Sequence record: MN101225.1 | From: Klebsiella phage KMI11 | Direction: 5' to 3' (one strand) | DNA: 64,000 bases | Shown here: in pieces, positions 16,452 through 24,598 of the stretch | How the letters are laid out: each line of letters starts with the position of its first letter | Position numbering within the stretch: position 1 is the first letter of the stretch | The notes under the pieces: model-generated | Databases searched by the model: none | Told to the model about the DNA's origin: nothing | Seen by the model: only the letters and a program-made list of their open reading frames with translations | Program-made: the position numbers and the translations under genes

Positions 16452-16477
16452 TGCTTTAAACTGACCATGTTAATATA
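16452..16477 (+). promoter_or_regulatory. T4 middle (MotA-dependent) promoter for gene 31
   Basis: MotA box tTGCTTTA 16451-16458, then -10 TAATAT/AATATA about 20 nt downstream. A palindrome tgaccatg...catggtca follows. Confidence 0.55.
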
Positions 16478-16506
16478 ACTACATGGTCAAACAATAAAGG
16501 TAACAC

Positions 16507-16830
16507 ATGGAACTTCCAATTAAAGCTCTAGGCGAGTATGTAATTCTCGTATCTGAACCTGCACAGCAAGGTGATGAAATTGTTTCTCCTTCCGGTATTA
16601 TTCTTGGAAAAGAAGAACAAGGACAACTGCCGGATATGTGTGAAATCTATTCTATCGGTGATGATGTACCGAAAGGATTTGTTGAGGTAGGCGATTTGAC
16701 TCCGTTGCCTGTTGGTAATATCAGAAACGTACCTCATCCGTTGGTAGCAGCAGGTGTGAAGAAACCTAAAGAAATCCGGCAGAAGTTTGTGACTTGTCAT
16801 TATAAGTCCCTGGCGTGCGTATATAAATAA
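16507..16830 (+). CDS. 31: gp31 co-chaperonin (GroES analogue)
   Basis: 107 aa. [25 protein letters not shown]...G..P..C...[41 protein letters not shown] as in T4 gp31. Confidence 0.93.
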   Translation: MELPIKALGEYVILVSEPAQQGDEIVSPSGIILGKEEQGQLPDMCEIYSIGDDVPKGFVEVGDLTPLPVGNIRNVPHPLVAAGVKKPKEIRQKFVTCHYKSLACVYK

Positions 16831-16945
16831 TAATATGAATTGGGCGTCGGACAATTAGTTACCCGAGCAATTCTACGCGGTGGATGCCCGAGCTAAACCT
16901 CGGTTACCGTCCACCAAATTTTAACCTCATTTGAGGAATGTTTCA

Positions 16946-17194
16946 ATGAACAAACAACTTACTAAAGCTCTGGAACTCCAACGTAATGCATGGAATTCCG
17001 GTCACGAAAACTACGGTGCTTCCATCGATATCTATGCAGAAGCACTGGAAGTTCTGAAAGGTTTTAAACATCTGAACCCAGCACAAGCTGAATTTCGTGA
17101 TACTTTAGAAGCGATGGATGAACTGAAGTATGCTAAGCATCTTGGTTCTGCTGCTCGCAAAGCTGTTCGCCACTTTGTGGTAACGCTGAAGTAA
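16946..17194 (+). CDS. rIII: rIII lysis-inhibition accessory protein
   Basis: 82 aa from MNKQLTKALELQRNAWNSGHENYGASIDIYAEALE. T4 rIII is 82 aa. SD gagg. Confidence 0.85.
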   Translation: MNKQLTKALELQRNAWNSGHENYGASIDIYAEALEVLKGFKHLNPAQAEFRDTLEAMDELKYAKHLGSAARKAVRHFVVTLK

Positions 17195-17532
17195 TTTGTA
17201 CGCCCACCATGTGTACGCATGGGTAACGTATGATGTGGACGTTGTTGGTTATCCCCACGTAAAACATCCGAAACCATCGGTGATTTGCTACCAAAGTGCA
17301 GCTAGAAAATAAACGGCAAGTGCATGCTACCCCGAGGCGATGGCCAATCGGGAGTACGCCTCAAGGCCTATACATCCATCGGTGTATATCTTATCCCCGA
17401 GAAATCGGACCCGGAACCTTTAAGCTAACGGTGTGCAACAGATAAGAGTTTAAACGTACCCCTTGAGGGCTTGCGGGAGCTACAACCGAAAGAACTGTCG
17501 AAAGAAGTTGAACCTCGGAAGAACGTGCTCCC
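17195..17532. other. GC-rich (about 50%) ORF-less, hairpin-rich segment; candidate structured ncRNA or foreign insert
   Basis: Stops in all frames. Stems gaggcg/cgcctc (17334-17366) and gggagc/gctccc (17476/17527). ccatcggtg repeated. cgRaagaaS repeated three times. Confidence 0.3.
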
Positions 17533-17562
17533 ATGTATTTCTCCAAAATGGAAGATGATAAA

Positions 17563-17739
17563 ATGGCTAAACAAGCTAAAGCAAAAACTGCAGTAAAAGA
17601 AGTTGTTGGTACCTCTAAACGCGCTGGCTACAAGCGTGGGTCGAACAAGCGTATCAATCAGACGGTTGAGAAAATCATGCGTCGAGCTCGTGCGGTTCTT
17701 CGCGATGATGCTTCTCGTTTTGGTAAGCCGAAAGCATAA
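17563..17739 (+). CDS. small basic protein (Lys/Arg-rich), hypothetical
   Basis: 58 aa, MAKQAKAKTAVKEVVGTSKRAGYKRGSNKRINQ... SD ggaaga 8 nt upstream. The track start at 17533 lacks an SD. Confidence 0.5.
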   Translation: MAKQAKAKTAVKEVVGTSKRAGYKRGSNKRINQTVEKIMRRARAVLRDDASRFGKPKA

Positions 17740-17742
17740 GTT

Positions 17743-17772
17743 CAGGGACTCCTTCGGGAGTCCCTTTTTTAT
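17743..17772 (+). terminator. rho-independent terminator
   Basis: gggactcc-ttcg-ggagtccc followed by ttttttatttt. Confidence 0.85.
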
Positions 17773-17794
17773 TTTCCACAGAATGAAAAAAGTT

Positions 17795-17824
17795 GTTTAC
17801 TTCTAAGTTCAACAAGGTTACTAT
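17795..17824 (+). promoter_or_regulatory. T4 early-type promoter
   Basis: GTTTAC 17795-17800, 18-nt spacer, TACTAT 17819-17824. A-tract upstream (gaatgaaaaaa). Confidence 0.55.
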
Positions 17825-17860
17825 AGACCTGTACCACCCAAACGGACAACGGAGAATAAA

Positions 17861-18220
17861 ATGAACTTCACTAACTTCAACCGCAAATACGTACAGAACA
17901 ATGCTTGGGACGTTTCTACTACTTTACTTTGGGAACATAACAATGGTACAGTAGCTCAAATTGATATGTACTGGGAAGATAACTACGTATTCTTTAGCTT
18001 TGAAAATGGTCCTACTCTGGATATTCAGTTCAACGGTTCTGAAATCAAAGTTGGATTCCATGATGAAGTTCGTAAACGTGATTTATCTTCACACCCGTCT
18101 TGGAACACAAATCGTCAGCTGCTTGTTAAAATTTATCTGCGCCACATCCTCGGTCGTAAAACAACCGAAGAACAACGTGAAGCAATCTGGGATATCGTTT
18201 CAAACGAAATCAAGTTTTAA
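17861..18220 (+). CDS. hypothetical early protein (30.x region)
   Basis: 119 aa, SD ggagaataaaATG. Confidence 0.6.
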   Translation: MNFTNFNRKYVQNNAWDVSTTLLWEHNNGTVAQIDMYWEDNYVFFSFENGPTLDIQFNGSEIKVGFHDEVRKRDLSSHPSWNTNRQLLVKIYLRHILGRKTTEEQREAIWDIVSNEIKF

Positions 18221-18259
18221 CTAACTCGAGGCTTCGGCCCCACTATTGAGGAAATGATA

Positions 18260-18742
18260 ATGGAAAAAGGTAAATTCTATAAGCTTAAAAAGACTCCAAG
18301 CTTGTCTCCAGGCGCTCTTATCAAGGGTGTTTTTGAGCAAATCGGTAATAATCCAATTAAAATTACCAGAACCTTTAAATATGCGGAAAACACTGGATTA
18401 GTTGAATTTGAAATCATTAAGCCCGATGGAGAATACAAACGCGTTAGTGTAGATGAAGTTCGCTTTTCTCACATGTGGTGTATTATTACTAATCAAGAGT
18501 TTCAGCATTATTTTGAAGAAACCATCTACAAAGAACTTGAACCGAAGACCGATGATGGAAGCAATGATTGGGGCGTTTGGACCTCAAATAAAGGAAATGA
18601 TACCTACAAGGGTGGATTGACAAAGGAAGAAGCTGTTAATCTTGCAAAAGTACAACGCCTGAATGCAACTAAAGATACAAAAGTTGTAATCATGCAACCT
18701 TTTGCTGTCCCTGTGGTTCACGTTAATATTCGTCCGTTTTAA
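18260..18742 (+). CDS. hypothetical protein (30.x region)
   Basis: 161 aa. Second ATG of gaggaaatgataATGg. Preceded by a UUCG hairpin. Confidence 0.55.
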   Translation: MEKGKFYKLKKTPSLSPGALIKGVFEQIGNNPIKITRTFKYAENTGLVEFEIIKPDGEYKRVSVDEVRFSHMWCIITNQEFQHYFEETIYKELEPKTDDGSNDWGVWTSNKGNDTYKGGLTKEEAVNLAKVQRLNATKDTKVVIMQPFAVPVVHVNIRPF

Positions 18743-18754
18743 GAGGAAATTGAA

Positions 18755-19033
18755 ATGATTGTATCATCTTTCTATGATTCACGAAAGAAAAAAGTTGAAA
18801 CCATTATCAGCGATACTCGCGATGGTACACCTGCCAATAAAAATGGTGTGAAAGCATACATTGATAAGTATTGCCCTCCTGAATTTCGTATGGTTGATGG
18901 CGTAGATTCTCTGAGCATTAATGTTATAAATGCTAAAATTGAATTCATTAATGCAACTATGCCAATTGGGTATTCTGACAGTGATGGCTCAAATGCCAAA
19001 ATGCCGAAAGAAAAATTCATAACTAAATTTTGA
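18755..19033 (+). CDS. hypothetical protein (30.x region)
   Basis: 92 aa, SD gaggaaattgaaATG. Confidence 0.55.
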   Translation: MIVSSFYDSRKKKVETIISDTRDGTPANKNGVKAYIDKYCPPEFRMVDGVDSLSINVINAKIEFINATMPIGYSDSDGSNAKMPKEKFITKF

Positions 19034-19043
19034 GGAAATCATC

Positions 19044-19214
19044 ATGATTGTATCCGTGCCTAAATCTAAAGCTGGTATTTTTTCTTGCAGTTTGAAAACC
19101 CACCCAATGGTTGATATCATGTCAGCTGATGTTAAACAACACACCGTTGAGTATGAAATTGATGCTCCGGATTTCTTTGAATTGCCCGAATGGGCAGTGA
19201 GACTTGATGCATGA
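19044..19214 (+). CDS. hypothetical small protein (30.x region)
   Basis: 56 aa, SD gaggaaatcatcATG. ATGA coupling with the next ORF. Below the track cutoff. Confidence 0.4.
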   Translation: MIVSVPKSKAGIFSCSLKTHPMVDIMSADVKQHTVEYEIDAPDFFELPEWAVRLDA

Positions 19215-19411
19215 AATATCATATCTTTAGTACAGTAAGATTAGCAAATGGAATTCCTGGAGTTGTATGTGACACGGCTCCAGCCATTAAAGCCTACTCA
19301 GTTGAACCGTGGTATGAAGTTAATTGGGTTGATGGCAATCGTTCAATCCATGCAGAATCCGAGCTTTATCCAATTACTCAATTAAGGGCTGCTAACGACG
19401 ATGTCTATTAA
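19211..19411 (+). CDS. hypothetical protein (30.x region)
   Basis: 66 aa, coupled. Confidence 0.45.
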   Translation: MKYHIFSTVRLANGIPGVVCDTAPAIKAYSVEPWYEVNWVDGNRSIHAESELYPITQLRAANDDVY

Positions 19412-19610
19412 TCCTCACTTCGGTCATATGGTTGCCCGACGTATCACCAGGGAAATGCTAAAGACTGCTGAGTATTATAATATAGAATTAATTGATATAG
19501 AACCCGCGGACGCTCCAGGGTTAATCTGGTTCAATTTCACCGGTGCCGCAAATAGCGTCGCCAAATTTAAACAAGCATTGAGGAATTTCCCCGAATGTCA
19601 AAACCAGTAA
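19401..19610 (+). CDS. hypothetical protein (30.x region)
   Basis: 69 aa, overlapping neighbours. Confidence 0.45.
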   Translation: MSINPHFGHMVARRITREMLKTAEYYNIELIDIEPADAPGLIWFNFTGAANSVAKFKQALRNFPECQNQ

Positions 19611-20452
19611 TCGCAACCGATGTTGATGGAATCATCGTTAAGTGGCAAAGTGGTCTGCCTTACTTTGCCCAAAAATATAACCTTCCGGTAGAGCATATCC
19701 TTGATATGATGACTACTGAAAAATTCATTAAACCCGCTGAGCTGTTTGATTGTGAAGAAGAACTAGCTGTTAAGCTGCTTCTGAAGTACAACAACAGCGA
19801 TTTTATTCGTTATCTTGCTCCGTATGCTGATGCTTTAGCTACAGTTAATAAGCTCAAAGAAAAATACGATTTTGTCGCTATCACGGCTCTTGGCAACTCA
19901 GTAGATGCTAACCTTAATCGTCGTTTCAATCTGAATGCTTTGTTCCCTGATGCATTTACAGAAATCATGGTCTGCGATTATGATGAATCCAAAGATGCTT
20001 TACTGGAAAAGGCTAAAGTAAAATACGGCGATCGCATCGTCTGTTATGTAGATGATTTGCCTAAACATATTGCTGCAGCCAGCAAAGTATTTGAAGACAC
20101 TGAAACCCGTGTGTTCTATATGCCTCGTGGTGAGCGAGAGGGTTCAGTGACTGCTCCCGGAATTATGGTTGAAGATTGGCATCAAATTGTAACTTGCCTG
20201 GAATCTTTGGAATCTGTTAAGAAACCGCAGAAGTCTCTTTCTAGGAAGTCTCTTTCTAGATTGTGGGAAGAAGCTATCAAAGACCAAATTCGTAAAGAGC
20301 AACATCCTTTTAATTGGCCTCCACGACAAGTTCCAGGAGATTGGTGGAAACAACCTATCATTCCGTTTAGTCCTGGTCCGCATGTTCCTCCTGGAAACGA
20401 CTGGTGGAATAACGGTCGTATTACATGTGATAACCACCAGATTAATTGCTAA
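19595..20452 (+). CDS. HAD-superfamily-like hydrolase with a Trp/Pro-rich C-terminal tail (30.2 position)
   Basis: 285 aa. N-terminal TDVDGII (DxDG HAD motif I). C-terminus has PPRQVPGDWWKQP...PGNDWWNNG. Contains a 15-bp tandem repeat. Confidence 0.55.
   Translation: MSKPVIATDVDGIIVKWQSGLPYFAQKYNLPVEHILDMMTTEKFIKPAELFDCEEELAVKLLLKYNNSDFIRYLAPYADALATVNKLKEKYDFVAITALGNSVDANLNRRFNLNALFPDAFTEIMVCDYDESKDALLEKAKVKYGDRIVCYVDDLPKHIAAASKVFEDTETRVFYMPRGEREGSVTAPGIMVEDWHQIVTCLESLESVKKPQKSLSRKSLSRLWEEAIKDQIRKEQHPFNWPPRQVPGDWWKQPIIPFSPGPHVPPGNDWWNNGRITCDNHQINC
20231..20263 (+). repeat. 15-bp direct tandem repeat (gaagtctctttctag x2) inside the HAD-like ORF, encoding KSLSRKSLSR
   Basis: Read directly from the sequence. 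Confidence 0.7.
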
Positions 20453-20472
20453 CACACTGGGTATGGTATAAT
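20447..20472 (+). promoter_or_regulatory. probable middle promoter (degenerate MotA box + extended -10) inside an 8-bp perfect palindrome
   Basis: tTGCTAA 20446-20452. TGgTATAAT 20464-20472 lies in the loop of gggtatgg (20459-20466) / ccataccc (20475-20482). Same 20-nt box-to-(-10) spacing as at 37461. Confidence 0.45.
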
Positions 20473-20493
20473 GGCCATACCCTAGGAGGAAAC

Positions 20494-20700
20494 ATGTTTG
20501 TAGTTCATACTAAAGTAGGTAAACGTTGGTTATCATGTGATTATGGCCATGTTAATCAGTTTTATCGTTGGAATCCAATTTGGCGTGAAGCAAAGTCGTG
20601 CCCGATTTGGAATGAATGCATCAATAACGGGTTTGTTTATATTGATGGATTAACTTATCATCGTAGCGTAAGCGAACTTTCAAAAGAATTAGGTGAATAA
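20494..20700 (+). CDS. hypothetical Cys/His-containing small protein (30.1 position)
   Basis: 68 aa from MFVVHTKVGKRW. SD aggagga. The track start at 20446 lacks an SD. Confidence 0.5.
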   Translation: MFVVHTKVGKRWLSCDYGHVNQFYRWNPIWREAKSCPIWNECINNGFVYIDGLTYHRSVSELSKELGE

Positions 20701-22172
20701 TGATTTTTGATATCATCAAAGCAATTGAAGATGCTAAGGGTTCTAAAGCCAAAACCCAAATTCTCGTTGACAATAAAGATAACGTTGATTTAAAACGAGC
20801 TTATCTGCTGGCATATTCCGGACGATTTAAGTTCTTTATTAAGAAAGTTCCAGAATATACTCCCGTTAAATATCCAAATGTTCCTTCAAAGACGTTTTCT
20901 GATGGTCTAGATTACCTCCAAGACATTCTGGCAGCACGAGTACTTACTGGTAATATGGCAATCCAGGGGCTAGTAGATTTGCTCTCTAAGATGAACGAGG
21001 GTGATGCTAGTGTACTGGTACGGGTTCTTCTTAAGGATATGCGTTGCGGCGCTTCAGGTTCTATTGCTAATAAGGTATGGAAGAAGCTAATTCCTGAGAT
21101 GCCACAGATGTTAGCATCAGCTTATTCTGAGAAAGCGCTATCGTATATTAAGTTCCCTGCATTTGCTCAGCTTAAAGCCGATGGAGCTCGATGCTTCGCT
21201 GAAATCCGCGGAGATGATTTAGATGATGTAACTCTTCTTACTCGTTCCGGTAATGAATACCTGGGTCTAGATAAACTTAAGCGTCAACTTATCGAGATGA
21301 CCAAAGAAGCCCGAGAGCGTCATCCTAATGGTGTGATGATTGATGGCGAGTTGGTATATCATGTCGAAGTGAAAGAAGAAGAAAACGACCTGTTTGATAT
21401 GTTTAAAGAGCCTGAGCTTCCTGAGCTAAGTAAAGCTAAGGAATTCCAACAGACGGCTCGTACAGAATCAAACGGCTTGGCTAATAAGGCCATTAAAGGA
21501 ACAATCTCTGCTGAAGAAGCGGAAGGTATGAGATTCCAAGTTTGGGATTATGTTCCGCTTGATGTAGTATATTCCGAAGGTAAAGTTCCTGGATTTGCTT
21601 ATGATGTACGCTTCCGTGCACTGGAAATGATGAGCAAAGGCTATGACAAGGTTATTCTAATTGAAAACCATGTCGTACATAACATCCATGAAGCTCGGGC
21701 TATCTATAAGACATATGTAGACAAAGGTCTCGAAGGTATCATCCTTAAAAATATCGGTGCTTATTGGGAAGATAAGCGTTCTAAGAACCTCGTCAAATTT
21801 AAAGAGGTTATCACCGTAGATTTGAAATGTGTCGGTTCATACGAGCATAGGAAACAACCTGGTAAAATGGGCGGCTTAATGTTCGTATCAGAATGTGGTC
21901 GTATTCGTGTTAACGCTGGGTCAGGTCTTAAAGATAAGCCCGAAGAACTGCACGAGCTTGACCGTACTCATCTATGGAAAATTAGAGATTCTCTTCCAGG
22001 AACTATCTGGGAACTTGAATGCAATGGTTGGGTAACTGCTGAAGGCCGTGATGATGGTACAGTAGGATTATTCTTACCTATCATTAAACAACGTAGATAT
22101 GATAAAGAAGTGGCTAATACATTCGAAGCCGCGTTTGGTGTTAACTTTACTGAGGCAACAGGAATAAAATGA
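20700..22172 (+). CDS. 30: ATP-dependent DNA ligase
   Basis: 490 aa. Adenylation motif FPAFAQLKADGARCFAE (KxDG). Colinear with T4 gp30. Confidence 0.95.
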   Translation: MIFDIIKAIEDAKGSKAKTQILVDNKDNVDLKRAYLLAYSGRFKFFIKKVPEYTPVKYPNVPSKTFSDGLDYLQDILAARVLTGNMAIQGLVDLLSKMNEGDASVLVRVLLKDMRCGASGSIANKVWKKLIPEMPQMLASAYSEKALSYIKFPAFAQLKADGARCFAEIRGDDLDDVTLLTRSGNEYLGLDKLKRQLIEMTKEARERHPNGVMIDGELVYHVEVKEEENDLFDMFKEPELPELSKAKEFQQTARTESNGLANKAIKGTISAEEAEGMRFQVWDYVPLDVVYSEGKVPGFAYDVRFRALEMMSKGYDKVILIENHVVHNIHEARAIYKTYVDKGLEGIILKNIGAYWEDKRSKNLVKFKEVITVDLKCVGSYEHRKQPGKMGGLMFVSECGRIRVNAGSGLKDKPEELHELDRTHLWKIRDSLPGTIWELECNGWVTAEGRDDGTVGLFLPIIKQRRYDKEVANTFEAAFGVNFTEATGIK

Positions 22173-22348
22173 AAGTATTATACGAAGTAATTGCTAAAAC
22201 TGATGATGGGCGTGGAGGTATTTCTGTTCACACCGAAGTTCTTGAGTTTAATAGCATTAATACATTAAGAAACTTCAAAGAAAACATCGAAGCGTATGAA
22301 TCAGTAAATGGATTACAGGTTTGGCGTACAGTAACAATAATTAATTAA
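22169..22348 (+). CDS. hypothetical small protein
   Basis: 59 aa, ATGA overlap with the ligase stop. Below the track cutoff. Confidence 0.4.
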   Translation: MKVLYEVIAKTDDGRGGISVHTEVLEFNSINTLRNFKENIEAYESVNGLQVWRTVTIIN

Positions 22349-22354
22349 TTAATT

Positions 22355-22376
22355 AAAGGCCTTCGGGCCTTTTTTC
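22355..22376 (+). terminator. rho-independent terminator
   Basis: aggcc-ttcg-ggcct followed by tttttt. Confidence 0.8.
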
Positions 22377-22377
22377 G

Positions 22378-22385
22378 TATAAATA
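22378..22385 (+). promoter_or_regulatory. T4 late promoter TATAAATA upstream of alt
   Basis: Exact TATAAATA, 24 nt before the alt ATG. SD gagga. Confidence 0.7.
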
Positions 22386-22408
22386 GAATAAACAAACGAG
22401 GATATGTC

Positions 22409-24535
22409 ATGGAACTTTTAAATGAAGTTTTCGATGAAGAGAATAGTAAAATCTATCCTGTCGAGAACGTTAAACCAAAACTAAAGGTGCCTCAGGTCTT
22501 TTTGATTAAGGTGCCGGGTAATAACAATTTAATGATTCGGTTAGTACAAGGGTCAGGTCAAGGTGATGCAGTTAAGAACATCAAGATGGGTGATAAATTC
22601 ATCCAGGTCTACGTGTTCTCTGTGTCGGAAAAAGGTAACATCGGTGCGCTTAAAGGTGGTTTAGGCCAAGACCCGATTGGTGCTATCAATACCATTTTTG
22701 AGACCGTCAACAAAGTAGTTAAGCAAATTAAAGCTGATGCGGTAATGTTCCGCTTTAATCCGAAGAAAATGCAAGGACAAGATAAAGCCATTCAACGCAT
22801 TCTTGCTCGGTTGATTACTACTCGCACAGGTGGTCGTTTCAATCTAATGAAAGATATGGCTTACTACAAAGGTAAGTATGCTTATTCTATTATGGTTCGT
22901 AAAGGTAAGAAACTTGAAGAGATTGAAGGAATTCCTGAAATTTCAGAAGAACTTTACACCAAAGTAGATTCCAAAGTAGGCGAAGTTTATGTGTCTAAAG
23001 AAACCGGCGAAAACGTTACCAAAGCCGAAGCATTGGCTAATTCCATTGGCGAAAAAGAAGACAAGAAATCTGAACTCGCTGTAATGAGTAAAATGAAAGT
23101 GTCTCGAAAAGATTTAATCCGAGCACAGTACGGCAAATTTGTTTCATATGTTGATGAAGATTGGCCAGAAAATAAACGTGAACGCTGGTACGAATTAACT
23201 ACTAACACTCCGGTATTAAACGCAGAAGGCGATACGGTAGACCTCCAAAAAGATATCAAAGCCGGATTAGAAAAATCAATTCCTTTTTATGTTGATGATA
23301 TTAAGCACTATCGAGTTCGTGGCGGATATGGAAGTAATTTTGGTGATGCAGTTGAGAGATTATTTGTAGGCCAAATGTCTAGAATGCATGACGACTGGAA
23401 GGTTTTCATTCCTTCAGGTTCAGACAAAATGAAAATCGCTGAACAACGAATTTCAGACGTTGCTGACGTTATTGCTCAAGCTAAAAATCCTGCATCTATG
23501 GAAACAATGCGTAAAATCGTTGAAGTAGCTACTCGTGGATTTGATATGCCTCCAGCTGACGATTTCGGAGCTTTGCGTCAATACCAAAATCTTGTCAATT
23601 ATATGATATCCGCTTATGTGTCAATTGTTGGCGATTCTATATCCAAAGCAATTGAATATAACCGTGAAATGCAATCTCGTTTAAGCGAAGAAGAAAGAGA
23701 TGCAATACATCATTACTGTGGTTCTGGCTATTCATTTGTTAATAACTATCTTATTGGTATGGAAAGCTTAGGCGATCCGATTATTGACAAGAAAATTCGT
23801 CCGCTCGATTCTGCCTTTGAAAAAGGTTTGCGTCTTGAACCAGGCACTCTTTTGTATCGTGGTCAGCGAGGAAAATATGAAGACTTTAAAGATAACATTG
23901 AGTCTAAAATGTTTTATTTCCAGAACTATGTTTCTACTTCGTTAAGTCCAATTATCTTTGGTGCTTATTCAAATGCTGGTGATTCATTAATGCCAGATGC
24001 GCCTAGTTCTGATTTAGAAAACCAAGAAACAACTGCTAATGCGGTATCTTCCGTTATTGGAACAGACAACTTGGAAAGAGTTGATAGAGGCGAGGAAGTT
24101 GCCTATGGCGATGAGTTTAAGTTTGGATTCGTTATTCATGGGGCCGATAAAGTTAAGGTAGTTATCCCGGGTGTCTTGTCAAGCTTTAGCGATGAGGCTG
24201 AAGTTATTCTTCCTCGCGGGTTGGCAATGAAAGTCAACAAAGTATGGGGAACTCCTTTTAGAAATGGGGTTGGTGTAGCGAATAACAAGACATTCATGGT
24301 AGAAATGACGGTAGTTCCTCCAGAGCAAATCGATGAATCCGTTCATCTCTATGATGGTGACATCTTGATGGAACAAGGCAAAGTGGAACCTCTTGAAGAA
24401 AGCAAGTTCAAAGGCTTTTTAAATGAGATTTACTTTTCGCCAGACCGTTCTACAGATAAGGTTAGCTACACACGTACCATGGAGCTACTGGCTGGTGCTA
24501 TCAACCTGGATGGTATTCCAGAAAAACTTGCATAA
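22409..24535 (+). CDS. alt: Alt ADP-ribosyltransferase (packaged head protein)
   Basis: 708 aa. ART R-S-ExE signature: LLYRGQRG ... YVSTSLS ... DEAEVILPRG. Position after gene 30 as in T4. Confidence 0.85.
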   Translation: MELLNEVFDEENSKIYPVENVKPKLKVPQVFLIKVPGNNNLMIRLVQGSGQGDAVKNIKMGDKFIQVYVFSVSEKGNIGALKGGLGQDPIGAINTIFETVNKVVKQIKADAVMFRFNPKKMQGQDKAIQRILARLITTRTGGRFNLMKDMAYYKGKYAYSIMVRKGKKLEEIEGIPEISEELYTKVDSKVGEVYVSKETGENVTKAEALANSIGEKEDKKSELAVMSKMKVSRKDLIRAQYGKFVSYVDEDWPENKRERWYELTTNTPVLNAEGDTVDLQKDIKAGLEKSIPFYVDDIKHYRVRGGYGSNFGDAVERLFVGQMSRMHDDWKVFIPSGSDKMKIAEQRISDVADVIAQAKNPASMETMRKIVEVATRGFDMPPADDFGALRQYQNLVNYMISAYVSIVGDSISKAIEYNREMQSRLSEEERDAIHHYCGSGYSFVNNYLIGMESLGDPIIDKKIRPLDSAFEKGLRLEPGTLLYRGQRGKYEDFKDNIESKMFYFQNYVSTSLSPIIFGAYSNAGDSLMPDAPSSDLENQETTANAVSSVIGTDNLERVDRGEEVAYGDEFKFGFVIHGADKVKVVIPGVLSSFSDEAEVILPRGLAMKVNKVWGTPFRNGVGVANNKTFMVEMTVVPPEQIDESVHLYDGDILMEQGKVEPLEESKFKGFLNEIYFSPDRSTDKVSYTRTMELLAGAINLDGIPEKLA

Positions 24536-24539
24536 AGTT

Positions 24540-24568
24540 GTTTACTTATCACAAGGACGTGATACTAT
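24540..24568 (+). promoter_or_regulatory. T4 early-type promoter
   Basis: GTTTAC 24540-24545, 17-nt spacer, TGaTACTATagactta. Shares the 17-nt block gtgatactatagactta with the alc promoter. Confidence 0.55.
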
Positions 24569-24598
24569 AGACTTACACAAACCAATGAGGAAATTGAT

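Noticed and set aside
17195-17532. Possible tRNA or group I intron in the GC-rich spacer
   Set aside because: There is no GTTCRANYC T-loop or cloverleaf. It is not inside a host gene, so there are no exons to splice. No P7-like (G)ACUA/UAGUC pairing was found by eye. It is kept only as an unclassified structured-RNA candidate.
17533-17562. ATG at 17533 as the start of the small basic protein
   Set aside because: It has no SD and lies inside the predicted long-range stem. The ATG at 17563 has a ggaaga SD at 8 nt.
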